NCBI GenBank assembly: GCA_002433895.1
Contig: DJJA01000003.1
Location: 9,950-73,949, forward strand
Source: Candidatus Gottesmanbacteria bacterium UBA6580
GTDB lineage: Bacteria > Patescibacteriota > Microgenomatia > UBA10105 > UBA927
Direction: 5' to 3'
Length of the DNA: 64,000 nt
Of this stretch, positions 20,857 to 31,773 are shown piece after piece. The notes beneath the pieces are model-generated. The model had not been told where the DNA came from, did not search any database, and saw only the letters and a list, made by a program, of their open reading frames with translations. The position numbers and the translations under genes are program-made. The first letter of the stretch is position 1, and each line of letters opens with the position of its first letter.

Positions 20857-21102
20857 TTATCTCTCCTTATCGTAAAACCAAAGACTTCCGAAGAGTAACA
20901 CGAGTACTACCCATAATCCCCCCTCAATTACATACGAAAAATTCCTGCTTGAGAGGTACCGAATATCCATTATGGATGACATGGTCAACACTCCCCACTC
21001 TCCCGAGCGCACAGCGTGGCCCGCAATAATGATGAGATGGATAGATGCAAAAATAACCAGAGCCTTCAATAACACGCGCACAAACTTTCTGAAAAATGAC
21101 AT
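20857..21102 (-). CDS. Small membrane protein
   Basis: Two hydrophobic segments; directly follows the GT2 gene. Confidence 0.55.
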   Translation of the reverse strand: MSFFRKFVRVLLKALVIFASIHLIIIAGHAVRSGEWGVLTMSSIMDIRYLSSRNFSYVIEGGLWVVLVLLFGSLWFYDKER

Positions 21103-21103
21103 A

Positions 21104-21922
21104 TTAATCGAAGATGTCCTTCATGAGCTCCTTAAGCTTCCGCTCATATGACTTCAGCACTGACCGCTGGATGCGCTTCTTTGACGAATATAAATGACCG
21201 CCCATCGTGTAACCGGGCATATGTTTCAAGGGCTTTTTAAATATCAAAACAGGCAACATCGACAAAATGTATTGATTCATCACCTTCATTTTGCCTTCAC
21301 GACGGATCCGCCGCATAGACCAGACATAAAGCGATTCCCGGAATACTGAAAACTGGTACCCGTGCGCCTGCAATCGGAGCCCTAAATCAACATCTTCGTT
21401 ATAATCATGTGCTTCGTCATATCCGCCGACTGACCGGAAAGCTTGTGCATCAACCACAGTAAGAGGACCGGGCGCCGCTGGCCGGTTGATCAATACCGTG
21501 CTTTCCCAATATATATTCGTGAGGAGCGTAAATATACTATCATGCGTAAGTTCAGAATCAGGCAGAGCCCATGTCGTAAAAAACACCGGATGTTTTTCAC
21601 GTATGTAAAATATAATACGCTCGATAAAATACGGATGAAGAACACTATCGGCGTCAATAAAAACAAACCATTCCCCTTTTGCCGATGCCGCACCTAAATT
21701 CCTCTGTAAAGGCAAACTGCCTTTTGCACTACTTACCAGCGTTAACGGGAGTCTTTTTTTATACGCTAACACCACCTCTTTCGTTTTATCTTTCGATGGG
21801 CCATCGACCACAATAACCTCAAAATCCTTCACCGTTTGCGCTGCTATGGAGTCAAGTAACTTGGGGATGAATTTTTCCTCATTTAATGTCGGTATGATAA
21901 TCGAAAAGAACGGGCGCTTCAT
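21104..21922 (-). CDS. Glycosyltransferase family 2
   Basis: SIIIPTLNEE, FIDAD, NEDVD. Confidence 0.92.
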   Translation of the reverse strand: MKRPFFSIIIPTLNEEKFIPKLLDSIAAQTVKDFEVIVVDGPSKDKTKEVVLAYKKRLPLTLVSSAKGSLPLQRNLGAASAKGEWFVFIDADSVLHPYFIERIIFYIREKHPVFFTTWALPDSELTHDSIFTLLTNIYWESTVLINRPAAPGPLTVVDAQAFRSVGGYDEAHDYNEDVDLGLRLQAHGYQFSVFRESLYVWSMRRIRREGKMKVMNQYILSMLPVLIFKKPLKHMPGYTMGGHLYSSKKRIQRSVLKSYERKLKELMKDIFD

Positions 21923-21995
21923 AAGTCAGATAACTTCCCGTATATTATACCGTAGAATACAGATGCGGAGCAAACCTACGGGCACACCGGCAACA

Positions 21996-23711
21996 TCACT
22001 TCTTCGTGCGGTTCTTCTGGTTCGTAAACATACCGGTAAGCTCGGCAACGGTGGTTACCTGTTCGGGCCGCTTATCGGACCGTATCCTAACAAGCCGCGG
22101 AAACCGTACAGCATACCCCGCTCCGTGGGAAGGTGACTTCGTCAGATCATCCCCGGCGAGTTCAACAACAACCCGCGGACTTACCCACACATCAGGCGTA
22201 AATATTTTATTTACCTCATGGTATTCCTTGGGCTGTTCACGGGTATTTATCGCGTGGAGCTTGGTGCGCAGCGCTTTCCAGAGTTCGTCGCTCACGCCGG
22301 TACCAATTTTTGTCACGGTCACATAGACATCTCCCTTTTTTACTCCTACTAAAAACGCACCAATTCCAAAACCTGTCCGCTTCCCTTCCCCCAGGTAATA
22401 CCCCATAACGACCGCGTCGATCGTGTCAGTAAGCTTCCCTGTTTTTCCCTCTTCCTCCTTAAACTTCACCCAGGAGTATCCCCGGCGTCCCGGCTCATAT
22501 GGGCTATTCCACTTTTTTACCATCGCCCCTTCTAAACCCGCCTTTAATTGTGTGTCATGATAGGACCGCACTACATTCGCGTCGTGAGTCACAATTTGCG
22601 GGGAAATTGCGAGCAATACGCCAGGTTTAACCGTATTCTCAAGTATTTTGCGCCGCTCGGAAAGAGGAATACTTAACAAGTCTTTTCCATCCTTATATAG
22701 GATATCGAACACAAAAAATTTAAGCGGCACACTTTTACTTGCCTCAGCAATATTATGCTTTCTTTTCCGTGTCGTCGTTTCCTGGAACGATATGGTCTTC
22801 CCGGTTTTGGGATCCAACCCGACTGCCTCACCGTCCAGAATAACGTCGTCTGCCCGAAGTTCGCTACCCACGTTGGATAACTCCGGAAACATCTCAGTTG
22901 TGTTTTCCAGATTTCTTGAAAACGTCCGCACCCAGGCTCCCCGTTTAAAATGAAGCTCCACCCGTACACCGTCATATTTCGGCTCCACTGCCACTTCTCC
23001 CATTTTTTTAATCATGTCATCTGCATTGGGGAGCCGCTGCGATAGCTGCGCCAACACTGGTGAGCCAACGTGTGCCCGCACATGACGCAAACCTTTTATC
23101 CCTTCGCGTTTCACGGTTTCTGATATGTAACCTATATCCGGCCGCACGTTATACGCGTCTTCCAGTGTCGGCCGGAGCGTTTTATCTCCTGCCAGCATCC
23201 ACGACAATGCGTCAAGCATGGTCGTTTCAGAAAAACCTAACCGGAGTTTATCAATGGGTATGCGTACGACATAACACGCGGATTCCTTATCTAATTTCTT
23301 GAGCAACTCAGATAGTAGTCCAATTTTTTTCTCTTGTGATCCCTGACCATTTACCGATGCGATACGGTATAGCGCTTCATAGACATCCGCGACATGCAGA
23401 CCTTTGGAAGCACCGTTATAGAGCGATTGCGCCGCATGCCCCAAATCTCCGAGCTTTTTAAACTCCTTCATTACCTGTTCTGAGGAAACCCCGTAGGCAA
23501 GGGCAATCGCACGGATAATAAACTTATCAGCTACCCCAAACTCAACCGCTTCATACAGGGGCACCACCCTCCCCTGCAGTAGATAACTCAATTTGCCAAT
23601 CTCGTCTGCGCTTGCGTGTGTAAATAGATCCGCAAGTATTTCGGTAATTTCATTACGGGACCTCGTTTTCTCGAGTTTACCGAGATATGAAGCAAGTTGG
23701 GAAAACAACAT
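21996..23711 (-). CDS. lig: ATP-dependent DNA ligase (archaeal/LigB type)
   Basis: EPKYDGVR, LDGE, FVFDIL, EGAMVK, WVKFK, RFPR. Confidence 0.95.
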   Translation of the reverse strand: MLFSQLASYLGKLEKTRSRNEITEILADLFTHASADEIGKLSYLLQGRVVPLYEAVEFGVADKFIIRAIALAYGVSSEQVMKEFKKLGDLGHAAQSLYNGASKGLHVADVYEALYRIASVNGQGSQEKKIGLLSELLKKLDKESACYVVRIPIDKLRLGFSETTMLDALSWMLAGDKTLRPTLEDAYNVRPDIGYISETVKREGIKGLRHVRAHVGSPVLAQLSQRLPNADDMIKKMGEVAVEPKYDGVRVELHFKRGAWVRTFSRNLENTTEMFPELSNVGSELRADDVILDGEAVGLDPKTGKTISFQETTTRKRKHNIAEASKSVPLKFFVFDILYKDGKDLLSIPLSERRKILENTVKPGVLLAISPQIVTHDANVVRSYHDTQLKAGLEGAMVKKWNSPYEPGRRGYSWVKFKEEEGKTGKLTDTIDAVVMGYYLGEGKRTGFGIGAFLVGVKKGDVYVTVTKIGTGVSDELWKALRTKLHAINTREQPKEYHEVNKIFTPDVWVSPRVVVELAGDDLTKSPSHGAGYAVRFPRLVRIRSDKRPEQVTTVAELTGMFTNQKNRTKK

Positions 23712-23731
23712 AACGATATCTTTGTCTCCGG

Positions 23732-23917
23732 TCAGCGAATGAACAGAAAATACGCTGCCGCGATAAGAATGAGCAGAAACACGCCAACACCCACCGCCAC
23801 CGGTCCGTCTACTTCTTCTTTGACTATCTTACTAATTCCCTGAAAAATAACCGTGAGCGCAAAAAAGGTAGGAATAATAAGCAACGCGTATGTGATGGCA
23901 GGGCTCGATAGATCCAT
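23732..23917 (-). CDS. Small two-TM membrane protein
   Basis: 61 aa hydrophobic ORF filling the gap between co-directional genes. Confidence 0.6.
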   Translation of the reverse strand: MDLSSPAITYALLIIPTFFALTVIFQGISKIVKEEVDGPVAVGVGVFLLILIAAAYFLFIR

Positions 23918-23930
23918 AGTTTCAAACGCA

Positions 23931-24974
23931 TTACGTGCGCAACACGTATTTCGCGCCTTTCGTAGATCCTTCTTTTTTGACTATACCCTTTTTTAACAAG
24001 TCCTTCAATTCACGAAGCACCGTATCTTCAGAAACCTGCGGGAACAACTCAAAAAATGCCTTATTCTGCAAAAATCCCTGCTCCTGAACGAATTCAATAA
24101 TCTTGATCTGCCGCTCAGTGAGCGCTAGCTGCTGCCCGCCAAGCGATTTTTTGATCTTAAGATCCGTCGAAAGAGATTTCACTTTATCTTTAATGCGGGT
24201 AAGCTCAATTGCCAGTCCTTCACCAAAATACTCGAGCCATGCGTTCAGATTTCCCTGTGCCTGGCCTACGCTTTGTAGCGCGATGTAATAATGAAGAGGT
24301 TCACGGTCATAGTGCTCTTCCAACGAAAAAAACCGTTTGATATCGTAACCTTCACAAAAAAGGACAAGTGTCGCGATGGCGCGGGCCACCCTCCCGTTCC
24401 CATCAAGGAACGGATGTATCCTCACTAATTCATAGTGCACTACCCCCGCCTTCAGTGCCGGATGGATATCATCACCTCCCACGCTGTTAACCCACTCGAC
24501 AAAATCGGAAATCAAAAACGGTACCTCTACGGCAGGAGGCGGACGGAATGTAATTTCTCCGGTTTGCGCGTTTTTCACCACGACCTGTGTCTTACGATAT
24601 TCGCCAACCTGTTCGTCAGGGAGGATGCGGTGAGCGACAAGCGCGTGTACATGTTTAATAACCTCTTCTGTAATATTCTTGCCCTGGAAGTCACCGATGA
24701 ATTTTAGAACGTTCCGGTAATTTAGCACTTCCTGGATATCCCGCTCCCTCCCGACAATCGTATGCCCTGCGAGTACTTTTTCCGCTTCGTTTTTCGTTAA
24801 ATCATTGCCTTCTATGTGGGTACCGTGATGCACCGTGCGCACCAGCGCTTCTTCGCGGAACTTTGCTTCCCAGGCGGGTACCAATGGGCTGTTTTCAATA
24901 ACTTCTTTGGCCGCCTCAATGATACCGATGGTTTTAAGTACTTTGTTGGTGATCGTAAACTGAGGCTGATACAT
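23931..24974 (-). CDS. Fic-domain protein with C-terminal wHTH
   Basis: HPFLDGNGRVAR; N-terminal GTHIEGN inhibitory-helix-like motif. Confidence 0.93.
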   Translation of the reverse strand: MYQPQFTITNKVLKTIGIIEAAKEVIENSPLVPAWEAKFREEALVRTVHHGTHIEGNDLTKNEAEKVLAGHTIVGRERDIQEVLNYRNVLKFIGDFQGKNITEEVIKHVHALVAHRILPDEQVGEYRKTQVVVKNAQTGEITFRPPPAVEVPFLISDFVEWVNSVGGDDIHPALKAGVVHYELVRIHPFLDGNGRVARAIATLVLFCEGYDIKRFFSLEEHYDREPLHYYIALQSVGQAQGNLNAWLEYFGEGLAIELTRIKDKVKSLSTDLKIKKSLGGQQLALTERQIKIIEFVQEQGFLQNKAFFELFPQVSEDTVLRELKDLLKKGIVKKEGSTKGAKYVLRT

Positions 24975-24986
24975 AGTTAATCCTGC

Positions 24987-25002
24987 TCCGCCGGCTGGCG
25001 GA
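24987..25002. repeat. Short palindromic repeat TCCGCCGGCTGGCGGA
   Basis: Identical 16-mer at 39460-39475; variants at 35586 and 35665. Confidence 0.7.
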
Positions 25003-25019
25003 TGGCGAAATTTCCCGCA

Positions 25020-25907
25020 CTATTCCTGTATATTAACCGCATCATCCGGCAGAAGCAATACCCTCATTGTTTTTGGGATCTCCTGCGCGAGGTCAGAGGC
25101 ATTAAAAAACGGCCCGACAGAGCGATACAACGCGTCACCCGCAGCTTTGTTAATAAAACTACCGGCAATAGTTGCGAGCATGGGGTCATTCGTACAGGCT
25201 AATGCCGCAATAAGACCGGCGAGCACATCACCGGTTCCTCCTTTTGTCATTCCTTCGTTGCCTCCGGCAATCAGCCGTGTTTCGCCAGGGGCACATACCC
25301 GTTCATCGCACTTCCCGCCTGAGCAGGCAATGTCGGTTTGTCCTTTTAGGAGCACGATACAATGATACGTCTTTGCAAATAGCTTCACTTTGTCTTCGTC
25401 GGTGTGAGCCTGGCTAAATTCGGGGTGCCCGGCACGTGCCCTATCCCATAACCTCGTAAATTCCTGATGGTGTGGTGTTAAAATAGCATTGTTGGGGATA
25501 TCGGATAACTCCATCATCTGCAGCGCGCCAGCATCGATCACCCATTGCTTCGTAGGGAACGAAACTAACAGGTTGTGGGTAAGCATACGGGTTTCTTCAT
25601 CGCGCACCATACCCGGCCCGATTAACACACAGTCATCCTCCTCTATGTAGGCGCCGACATCTTCCCGCGCTATCACTATCCCATCATGGAATTCTTTTTT
25701 TATTTCTTTTACGATATCGTTATTTTCAGGCACCGAGGAATAGTGAACGAGGTCCACAATACGTGACGCCACCTCCAGCGCCCATATACTGGCCGCATGA
25801 AACAAGTGGCTTCCTCCGACGATAAGCAGCCTGCCGTTTTGCCCTTTATGTGAATTTGGTTCCGCCAAACGGAGCATTTGGATGTCTTGGATGGTTACTT
25901 CCTTCAT
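25020..25907 (-). CDS. nnrD: ADP-dependent NAD(P)H-hydrate dehydratase
   Basis: SHKGQNG, IGPGM, DAGAL, LTPH, GGTGDVLAG. Confidence 0.9.
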   Translation of the reverse strand: MKEVTIQDIQMLRLAEPNSHKGQNGRLLIVGGSHLFHAASIWALEVASRIVDLVHYSSVPENNDIVKEIKKEFHDGIVIAREDVGAYIEEDDCVLIGPGMVRDEETRMLTHNLLVSFPTKQWVIDAGALQMMELSDIPNNAILTPHHQEFTRLWDRARAGHPEFSQAHTDEDKVKLFAKTYHCIVLLKGQTDIACSGGKCDERVCAPGETRLIAGGNEGMTKGGTGDVLAGLIAALACTNDPMLATIAGSFINKAAGDALYRSVGPFFNASDLAQEIPKTMRVLLLPDDAVNIQE

Positions 25908-25914
25908 ACCCGTA

Positions 25915-26976
25915 TTATAAACGAAGCACGGTAGCATTATTGGTGATACGTGTAGGCACGCTCGACATATCAGCGCTCGTGATAATCGTTTGTTGCTTAT
26001 CTGTCACCTCACCGACAAGAATCCTATGAGCCTCATCAAGCTCTGAAAAGATATCATCCAAAAGCAGCAGTGGCCGCTCCCCCGTTTCCTGCTCTATGTA
26101 TAACAGCTCTGCAAGCTTAAGCCAAAGCACCGCGAGGCGCTGCTCGCCACGGCTACCGAACTTATTAAGATCTCGAAACGTATGTGACCCCGAAGAAGCC
26201 CCATGCTCCTGGCTCGACAGGGTAAAATCATCCCTATGCGGGCCGACCAATGTTGATTTTGCCGCCACCTCTTCATCCTTATACTGCAATATCCGCGCCT
26301 CCGAAATAATACTTTTGTCATACGTTATGGTGTAGCGGTGATCGGAAAGGACGGTGGCATTCACAAATTCGATATACGCCGCCCTTTTTTCAGTAATATA
26401 CCCTCCGGCTTTAATCAGCAGCTGATCCCAAAATAACAGCTGGCTCCGGGTGGCAGCACCCTCTTTAATAAGGTCAAGAAGTTTATTTCGTTGCCGTAGC
26501 CCACGCTCATAGGATATGAGGTTCCTTCGGTACTCACGGTCGGTCTGTACCAATACCATATCCAGATATTTCCTCCGGATACTGGGACTGTCGGTCACGA
26601 TTTCAAGATCTTCCGGCCAAAAAAGGACAACCCGCACATGCCCCATGAAATCGATGAAACGCCGCGGAACACCGTTTACCATATACTTCTTGAGTGGCGA
26701 CCGCTGGCCGGAAACTTCACCAGGCGTAAGTATTACTTCCAACCTGGTACTACCGGCTTCCGCTTCAATGCGCGTAATTTCCTCACCCCAGTAAATAACG
26801 TCACGGTCCTGTCCCGCGCGGAAACTTTTTCCGGTCGCGAGCATTACGATGGCCTCCAATACGTTTGTTTTTCCTGCGGCATTGGGCCCTACTATACAGG
26901 TTGCGCCGTCTGAAAAATGCCAGGATTTATTTTTGTAACTGCGGAAATTTGAAAGCACCAACGAAGTCAGCATCAT
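25915..26976 (-). CDS. recF: DNA replication/repair protein RecF
   Basis: NFRSY, GPNAAGKTN, GPHRDD, SRGEQR, LLDDIFSELD. Confidence 0.95.
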   Translation of the reverse strand: MMLTSLVLSNFRSYKNKSWHFSDGATCIVGPNAAGKTNVLEAIVMLATGKSFRAGQDRDVIYWGEEITRIEAEAGSTRLEVILTPGEVSGQRSPLKKYMVNGVPRRFIDFMGHVRVVLFWPEDLEIVTDSPSIRRKYLDMVLVQTDREYRRNLISYERGLRQRNKLLDLIKEGAATRSQLLFWDQLLIKAGGYITEKRAAYIEFVNATVLSDHRYTITYDKSIISEARILQYKDEEVAAKSTLVGPHRDDFTLSSQEHGASSGSHTFRDLNKFGSRGEQRLAVLWLKLAELLYIEQETGERPLLLLDDIFSELDEAHRILVGEVTDKQQTIITSADMSSVPTRITNNATVLRL

Positions 26977-26980
26977 GAGG

Positions 26981-27688
26981 TTAGGTGATGGTTGTACCAG
27001 TAAATGGTTTACCATCGAGCGCCAATTCGAGATTTAATAAGTCCTTTCCGTTTACTATCTTTACCGTCACTCCCAAGTCCTGCGCGAGCTTACTGGCGAT
27101 CGGATCAAACGGCGCGTTCATTCCCGGTTTCCATACATCTCCCACCATCTTACGGTAGTCCTCCCATGAAATATTTGTTATCGGCTTTGCGTCAGTATGC
27201 TTATTTGGGTCTTTATCATATACCTGATCGACATTCGTCATATTCACAACCTGGGTAAGTCCGTAATCCTGACACACCGTCACCGCACAGTAATCAGTGC
27301 TCCATCCCGGTTTCCAACCCGCAGCAATGGCGACCGGTGACTGGATTTTTAAAATTATTTCGTAATGCTTGATCACGCGGGGATCAGCGAGGTCCTGAAA
27401 TATCGCCCGTATAAGCTGTGCGTTCAGGCGTGTGGCGTGCACACCCAGCCAATCGGCATCAGTATCGCTCAGGTCATGTCCGCGCACTTCCCGTGCTGCT
27501 TTTTGATAATCACGGGTTATTGCTCCCCCCCCTACAGTTATAAAAAATCTCCGCTTTTTTTCGGAGACCTGTTTTCTTATAAATTCGTGAAATTGGGAAA
27601 GAAAGGTGGTGTCAATACCACCGTTTGGAACGATTAGTGAACCACCTAAAGAAAGTACGAAGACGTCGGTTCCTTGTGCCATCACCAT
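26981..27688 (-). CDS. pyrH: UMP kinase, archaeal type
   Basis: SLGGS, GGGAITR, PGWSTD, PFDPIA. Confidence 0.92.
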   Translation of the reverse strand: MVMAQGTDVFVLSLGGSLIVPNGGIDTTFLSQFHEFIRKQVSEKKRRFFITVGGGAITRDYQKAAREVRGHDLSDTDADWLGVHATRLNAQLIRAIFQDLADPRVIKHYEIILKIQSPVAIAAGWKPGWSTDYCAVTVCQDYGLTQVVNMTNVDQVYDKDPNKHTDAKPITNISWEDYRKMVGDVWKPGMNAPFDPIASKLAQDLGVTVKIVNGKDLLNLELALDGKPFTGTTIT

Positions 27689-27757
27689 TTTCTCCTTATA
27701 AAATATGTCCTGCGATGGTTTTTATCCTAACACACCACGGGAAAATCTCAAAACAGT

Positions 27758-28876
27758 CTATTTTTTCCCTTCCGCTCTCCGTGTGTGCATACGCACGAAG
27801 GCCTGGATCTCTTTACGGAACCGCTCCGCGCTAAACTCGGCTGCCCGATTCCTACTTTCCCTCTGCCAGTCAATATTTTTGCTTTCAAACCGAGATATGG
27901 AATCAAGTAATGATGAAACTTTTGGGGAATCAAAAAAGACTCCTGTCTTCCCTTCAACAACCGTTTCTTTGACGCCGCCTTGGTTGATTGCAATGACCGG
28001 TGTACCGTATGACATGGATTCAATCGGTACCATGCCGAAATCCTCATCCAGGGCACAAAAAATTGTTGCTTTCGCGCCGCCGTACAGCGCAATAAGTTCC
28101 GTGTCAGAAACAGAACCCATGAACTCAACAGTTGGGCCGGCAATAGACCGCAGCAAGGCTTCTTCAGGACCAGTGCCTACGATTTTTAACGGTAACTTCC
28201 GTTCATTGGCAGCTCGTATAATGATGTCCGTTTGCTTCGCCCATACCAAACGGCCGACGCTTAGGTAGTAGGTTCTTTTTTGTTTTTCATCCTGCTTCAC
28301 AAACTTGCTATCCACCGGCGGATAAATAACTGTAGCTTCCCTACGGTAAAATTTCTTTACTCTGCGTGCGGTTTCCTCTGAATTAGCGATAAAGTAGTCT
28401 ACTTTCTGTGCCGTCATGTAATCATATTGCCGCATAAAAAAATTAATAAAGGCGGCATACGCCCGTACGGCTGCATATTTCTGGAAGGTTCTCCCCGTGG
28501 CATACCCGTAAAGATTTCTCGGAGGGTGATGAATATAGCAAAAATGCACTGCCGGTTTTTTCACCGTAACACCCCGGCACATAAACCACCCGCTGCTTGA
28601 AATAACAATATCGTATGCCGAAAGATCAAAGCTACCCCACACGAAGGGCGCTAAAAAGCGTAGGGGTGAATGAAATTTTTTAACAACAGGGTTGTGTTGC
28701 ACCCAACTAGTCCGGATGTCCCACGATGCAAACCGCTTCGCGTGTTCTCTCAGCGCCTGCCAATCAACAAACGACGTATACAATGGAGCCTCCGGCCATA
28801 TGTCATGAAGGACTTCTACCACCCGCTCCGCTCCTCCGTATTCCCTCAAATAATCATGTACTAGTGCGATTTTCAT
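27758..28876 (-). CDS. Glycosyltransferase family 4
   Basis: HDYLREYGGAERV, EDFGMVPIE. Confidence 0.92.
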   Translation of the reverse strand: MKIALVHDYLREYGGAERVVEVLHDIWPEAPLYTSFVDWQALREHAKRFASWDIRTSWVQHNPVVKKFHSPLRFLAPFVWGSFDLSAYDIVISSSGWFMCRGVTVKKPAVHFCYIHHPPRNLYGYATGRTFQKYAAVRAYAAFINFFMRQYDYMTAQKVDYFIANSEETARRVKKFYRREATVIYPPVDSKFVKQDEKQKRTYYLSVGRLVWAKQTDIIIRAANERKLPLKIVGTGPEEALLRSIAGPTVEFMGSVSDTELIALYGGAKATIFCALDEDFGMVPIESMSYGTPVIAINQGGVKETVVEGKTGVFFDSPKVSSLLDSISRFESKNIDWQRESRNRAAEFSAERFRKEIQAFVRMHTRRAEGKK

Positions 28877-28882
28877 ATGATA

Positions 28883-29839
28883 TCAAAACAATGCTTGCTG
28901 CTGATCATGCTCCTTTTTTTCTTTTTTCGCTGTATCTCGCGCGGCTTTTGCCTTGCCTTTCGTCGGCACTTCTCCACTGATGCGACGCAGCAATGAAAAA
29001 AAATGGAACGATTCCAAGGCATTTCTTACCTCGGGCGTATCAAGCGTGGTAATGACCGCGTTTGACGGCACGAAGTCTATAGGAGCATCGGTTCTGATGG
29101 TCGCGAGTGTCACACCCAAAAACGCGCTGTCTTTCCCAGCGTGCAGCTTCATTTTTACTCCTTCGCTTATATTACTTTTTTCAAGCGACGCGTATATATT
29201 TTCCACTGATCCGAATTCGTTGAGTAAACTAATGGCAGTCTTGGGTCCGATGCCCGCAACTCCTGGATAATTATCTGATGCATCCCCCATGAGCGCCTTC
29301 AAATCGATAATGCGCTTTGGCACTACCCCCATTCGCTCAAAAACATCTGCCTCACTGTATAATTTCCCCTCAGATAACCCTTTGGTCGGCATAAATACCA
29401 GCACCTTTTCATCTTCAACAAGCTGCAAAATATCCCTATCGCCGGTTACGATAATTACCTGATCAATCTTTTTGCTTTTTCGCTGTTTGGCAATAGTGCC
29501 TATCATGTCATCTGCTTCAAACCCATCAAGTTCAAAAATGGGAATACCAAACGCCTTGACCACATCGTGTACCAAAGATATCTGACTGATAAAGTCGTCT
29601 TCCATTTTCGGCCGCTGAATTTGATATTCCTTATAAAGCTCGTTACGGAATGTCGGACCTGGCCGATCAAATGCTACGGCAAAATGCGTGGGCTTCAACG
29701 CTTGAAAAATCTTTATAATCATCGAGACAAAACCATACACCACGTGCGCGGGTTTCCCATCGGGAGTGGTCAACGGAGGAAGCGCGTGATACGCCCGATG
29801 CATGATGGCATTTCCATCAATGAGTACTAATCGGTTCAT
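28883..29839 (-). CDS. Stand-alone 5'-3' exonuclease (PolA N-terminal/FEN domain)
   Basis: LIDGNA, EADD, TGDRD, GDASDNYPGVAGIGPKTA; no polymerase domain. Confidence 0.92.
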   Translation of the reverse strand: MNRLVLIDGNAIMHRAYHALPPLTTPDGKPAHVVYGFVSMIIKIFQALKPTHFAVAFDRPGPTFRNELYKEYQIQRPKMEDDFISQISLVHDVVKAFGIPIFELDGFEADDMIGTIAKQRKSKKIDQVIIVTGDRDILQLVEDEKVLVFMPTKGLSEGKLYSEADVFERMGVVPKRIIDLKALMGDASDNYPGVAGIGPKTAISLLNEFGSVENIYASLEKSNISEGVKMKLHAGKDSAFLGVTLATIRTDAPIDFVPSNAVITTLDTPEVRNALESFHFFSLLRRISGEVPTKGKAKAARDTAKKEKKEHDQQQALF

Positions 29840-29843
29840 GAGG

Positions 29844-31727
29844 TTACTGTGTCCGTTTCTTTTCGCCGCCCAGCAAGACTGCGAAATCATCACCTTCGAG
29901 GGTTTCTTTCTTTATGAGTTCTTCTGCTACTATGTCCAAATCCTTACGGTATTTTTTTACCAACATCACTGCCCGCTCATAAGCGGCATCAAGAAGTTTT
30001 TTCACTTCCCGGTCTATAGCAGATTGCATTTCCTGCGAGACTGATTGCTGCTCATAAAACGTTTTCCCCCACTCCGTTACATCTGTCTGTGGGCCAAAAT
30101 TAACCGGACCCAAATCACTCATACCAAACTCCATTACCATATAGCGAGCAATACGGGTTGCCTGACTAATGTCATTAGCAGCGCCGCTGGTCATTTCCTT
30201 AAATATAAGCTGTTCCGCTGCTCTGCCACCCATGGTCATGGCCATTTCTTCGAGTAACCGGGATTTGGTTTCATGGAGACGGTCTTTTTCCGGAGGAGCC
30301 ATGGTAAATCCAAGCGCCATGCCGCGGGAAACGATACTGATACGGTGTACCGGATCCAGATGAGGACTGTAATAATTTACCACCGCGTGTCCCGCTTCGT
30401 GATACGCGGTCATCTTGCGGTCAAGGTCACTTTGCAACCTCTTTTTCTCAGGTCCCAATTTTACTTTGGTTGCCGCTTCCTCGATATCTTTCATATCGAT
30501 CTCTTTCTTTTCTCCACGTGCCGCGTGGATTGCCGCTTCATTTAACATGTTTTCTATATCAGCTCCTGAAAATCCTACGGTGCGTTTTGCGACTTTGTCC
30601 CAATCGACACTTTTCTCAAAAGGCTTACCTTTCGCGTGAATACCAAGAATGGCTTTACGCCCTTCAAGATCGGGCAAATCCAAAACCACCCGCCGGTCAA
30701 ACCGACCAGGCCTCGTTAATGCGGGATCGAGCAGGTCACCCCTGTTCGTCGCGGCCACGATAAGCACGGCAGTGTTCGGTTCAAACCCGTCCATCTCCAC
30801 AAGTATTTGGTTAAGTGTCTGCTCCCGCTCATCATGCCCGCCCATCACCCCTACGCTCCGCATGCGGCCGATGGCATCTATCTCATCGATAAAAATAATA
30901 GCCGGGGCACTCTTCTTGGCCTGGGCAAATAAATCACGAACCCGTGCAGCCCCCACACCCACCAGCATTTCCATAAACTCGCTGCCTGCAATAGAATAAA
31001 ATGCAGTCTTGGCTTCCCCCGCCATTGCTTTTGCAAGCATGGTCTTACCCGTGCCTGATGGGCCCACAAGAATAACACCCTTTGGCGTACGGGCACCCAG
31101 CAGTTTGTATTTTGCCGGGTTTTTTAAAAAGTCGACTACTTCTTCTAATTCTTTTTTTGCTTCATCAACTCCCGCCACATCCTTAAACGTGACCTTGGGT
31201 AAATCCCTATTCCAAATTCTTGCTTTACTCTGGCCGAACTGGAAAATATTGTCTTGTGCTCCTCTCGCCTGTCTGAACAAAAAGAGGAAAAATACAACCG
31301 TCAATACCAGGGGCAATACGTTTGAAATAATCCCGAGCCATATAGCACCCATCGATAAATCTTTTACGTTAATCGATACGGACTGGGGATCAACCCCTGA
31401 TTTTTCCAATACACTGACAAGTGAATCCTGTGCTTCTTTTGTGGAAATATATTTCGTACCGTCTTTATGGATAACCGTAAGCCTCGTGTCTTCGACATCT
31501 ATGGTTTTTACCTTGCCGTCCCGTACATCTGCAATCACGGTAGAAAGAGGCTTCGTTTCAGATAACGCCGCCTGGCTCCCCAGACTCCCGAACAGGGAAA
31601 AAAGGAAAAATAAAACAAAAAGCCCAACCACCACATTCTTAAGCGTAAAGTTCATGCGGAGCTGGAAGACATTCTTTGGTTTCTTACCATTGGTTTTTTT
31701 AGCTGGGTGGACGTGTTTTTCTGCCAT
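29844..31727 (-). CDS. ftsH: ATP-dependent zinc metalloprotease FtsH
   Basis: Two TMs, [18 protein letters not shown]. Confidence 0.97.
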   Translation of the reverse strand: MAEKHVHPAKKTNGKKPKNVFQLRMNFTLKNVVVGLFVLFFLFSLFGSLGSQAALSETKPLSTVIADVRDGKVKTIDVEDTRLTVIHKDGTKYISTKEAQDSLVSVLEKSGVDPQSVSINVKDLSMGAIWLGIISNVLPLVLTVVFFLFLFRQARGAQDNIFQFGQSKARIWNRDLPKVTFKDVAGVDEAKKELEEVVDFLKNPAKYKLLGARTPKGVILVGPSGTGKTMLAKAMAGEAKTAFYSIAGSEFMEMLVGVGAARVRDLFAQAKKSAPAIIFIDEIDAIGRMRSVGVMGGHDEREQTLNQILVEMDGFEPNTAVLIVAATNRGDLLDPALTRPGRFDRRVVLDLPDLEGRKAILGIHAKGKPFEKSVDWDKVAKRTVGFSGADIENMLNEAAIHAARGEKKEIDMKDIEEAATKVKLGPEKKRLQSDLDRKMTAYHEAGHAVVNYYSPHLDPVHRISIVSRGMALGFTMAPPEKDRLHETKSRLLEEMAMTMGGRAAEQLIFKEMTSGAANDISQATRIARYMVMEFGMSDLGPVNFGPQTDVTEWGKTFYEQQSVSQEMQSAIDREVKKLLDAAYERAVMLVKKYRKDLDIVAEELIKKETLEGDDFAVLLGGEKKRTQ

Positions 31728-31773
31728 ACGAGCCTCAAGTATAGCATGTTCTGCTGAGATTATCACACCCGGG

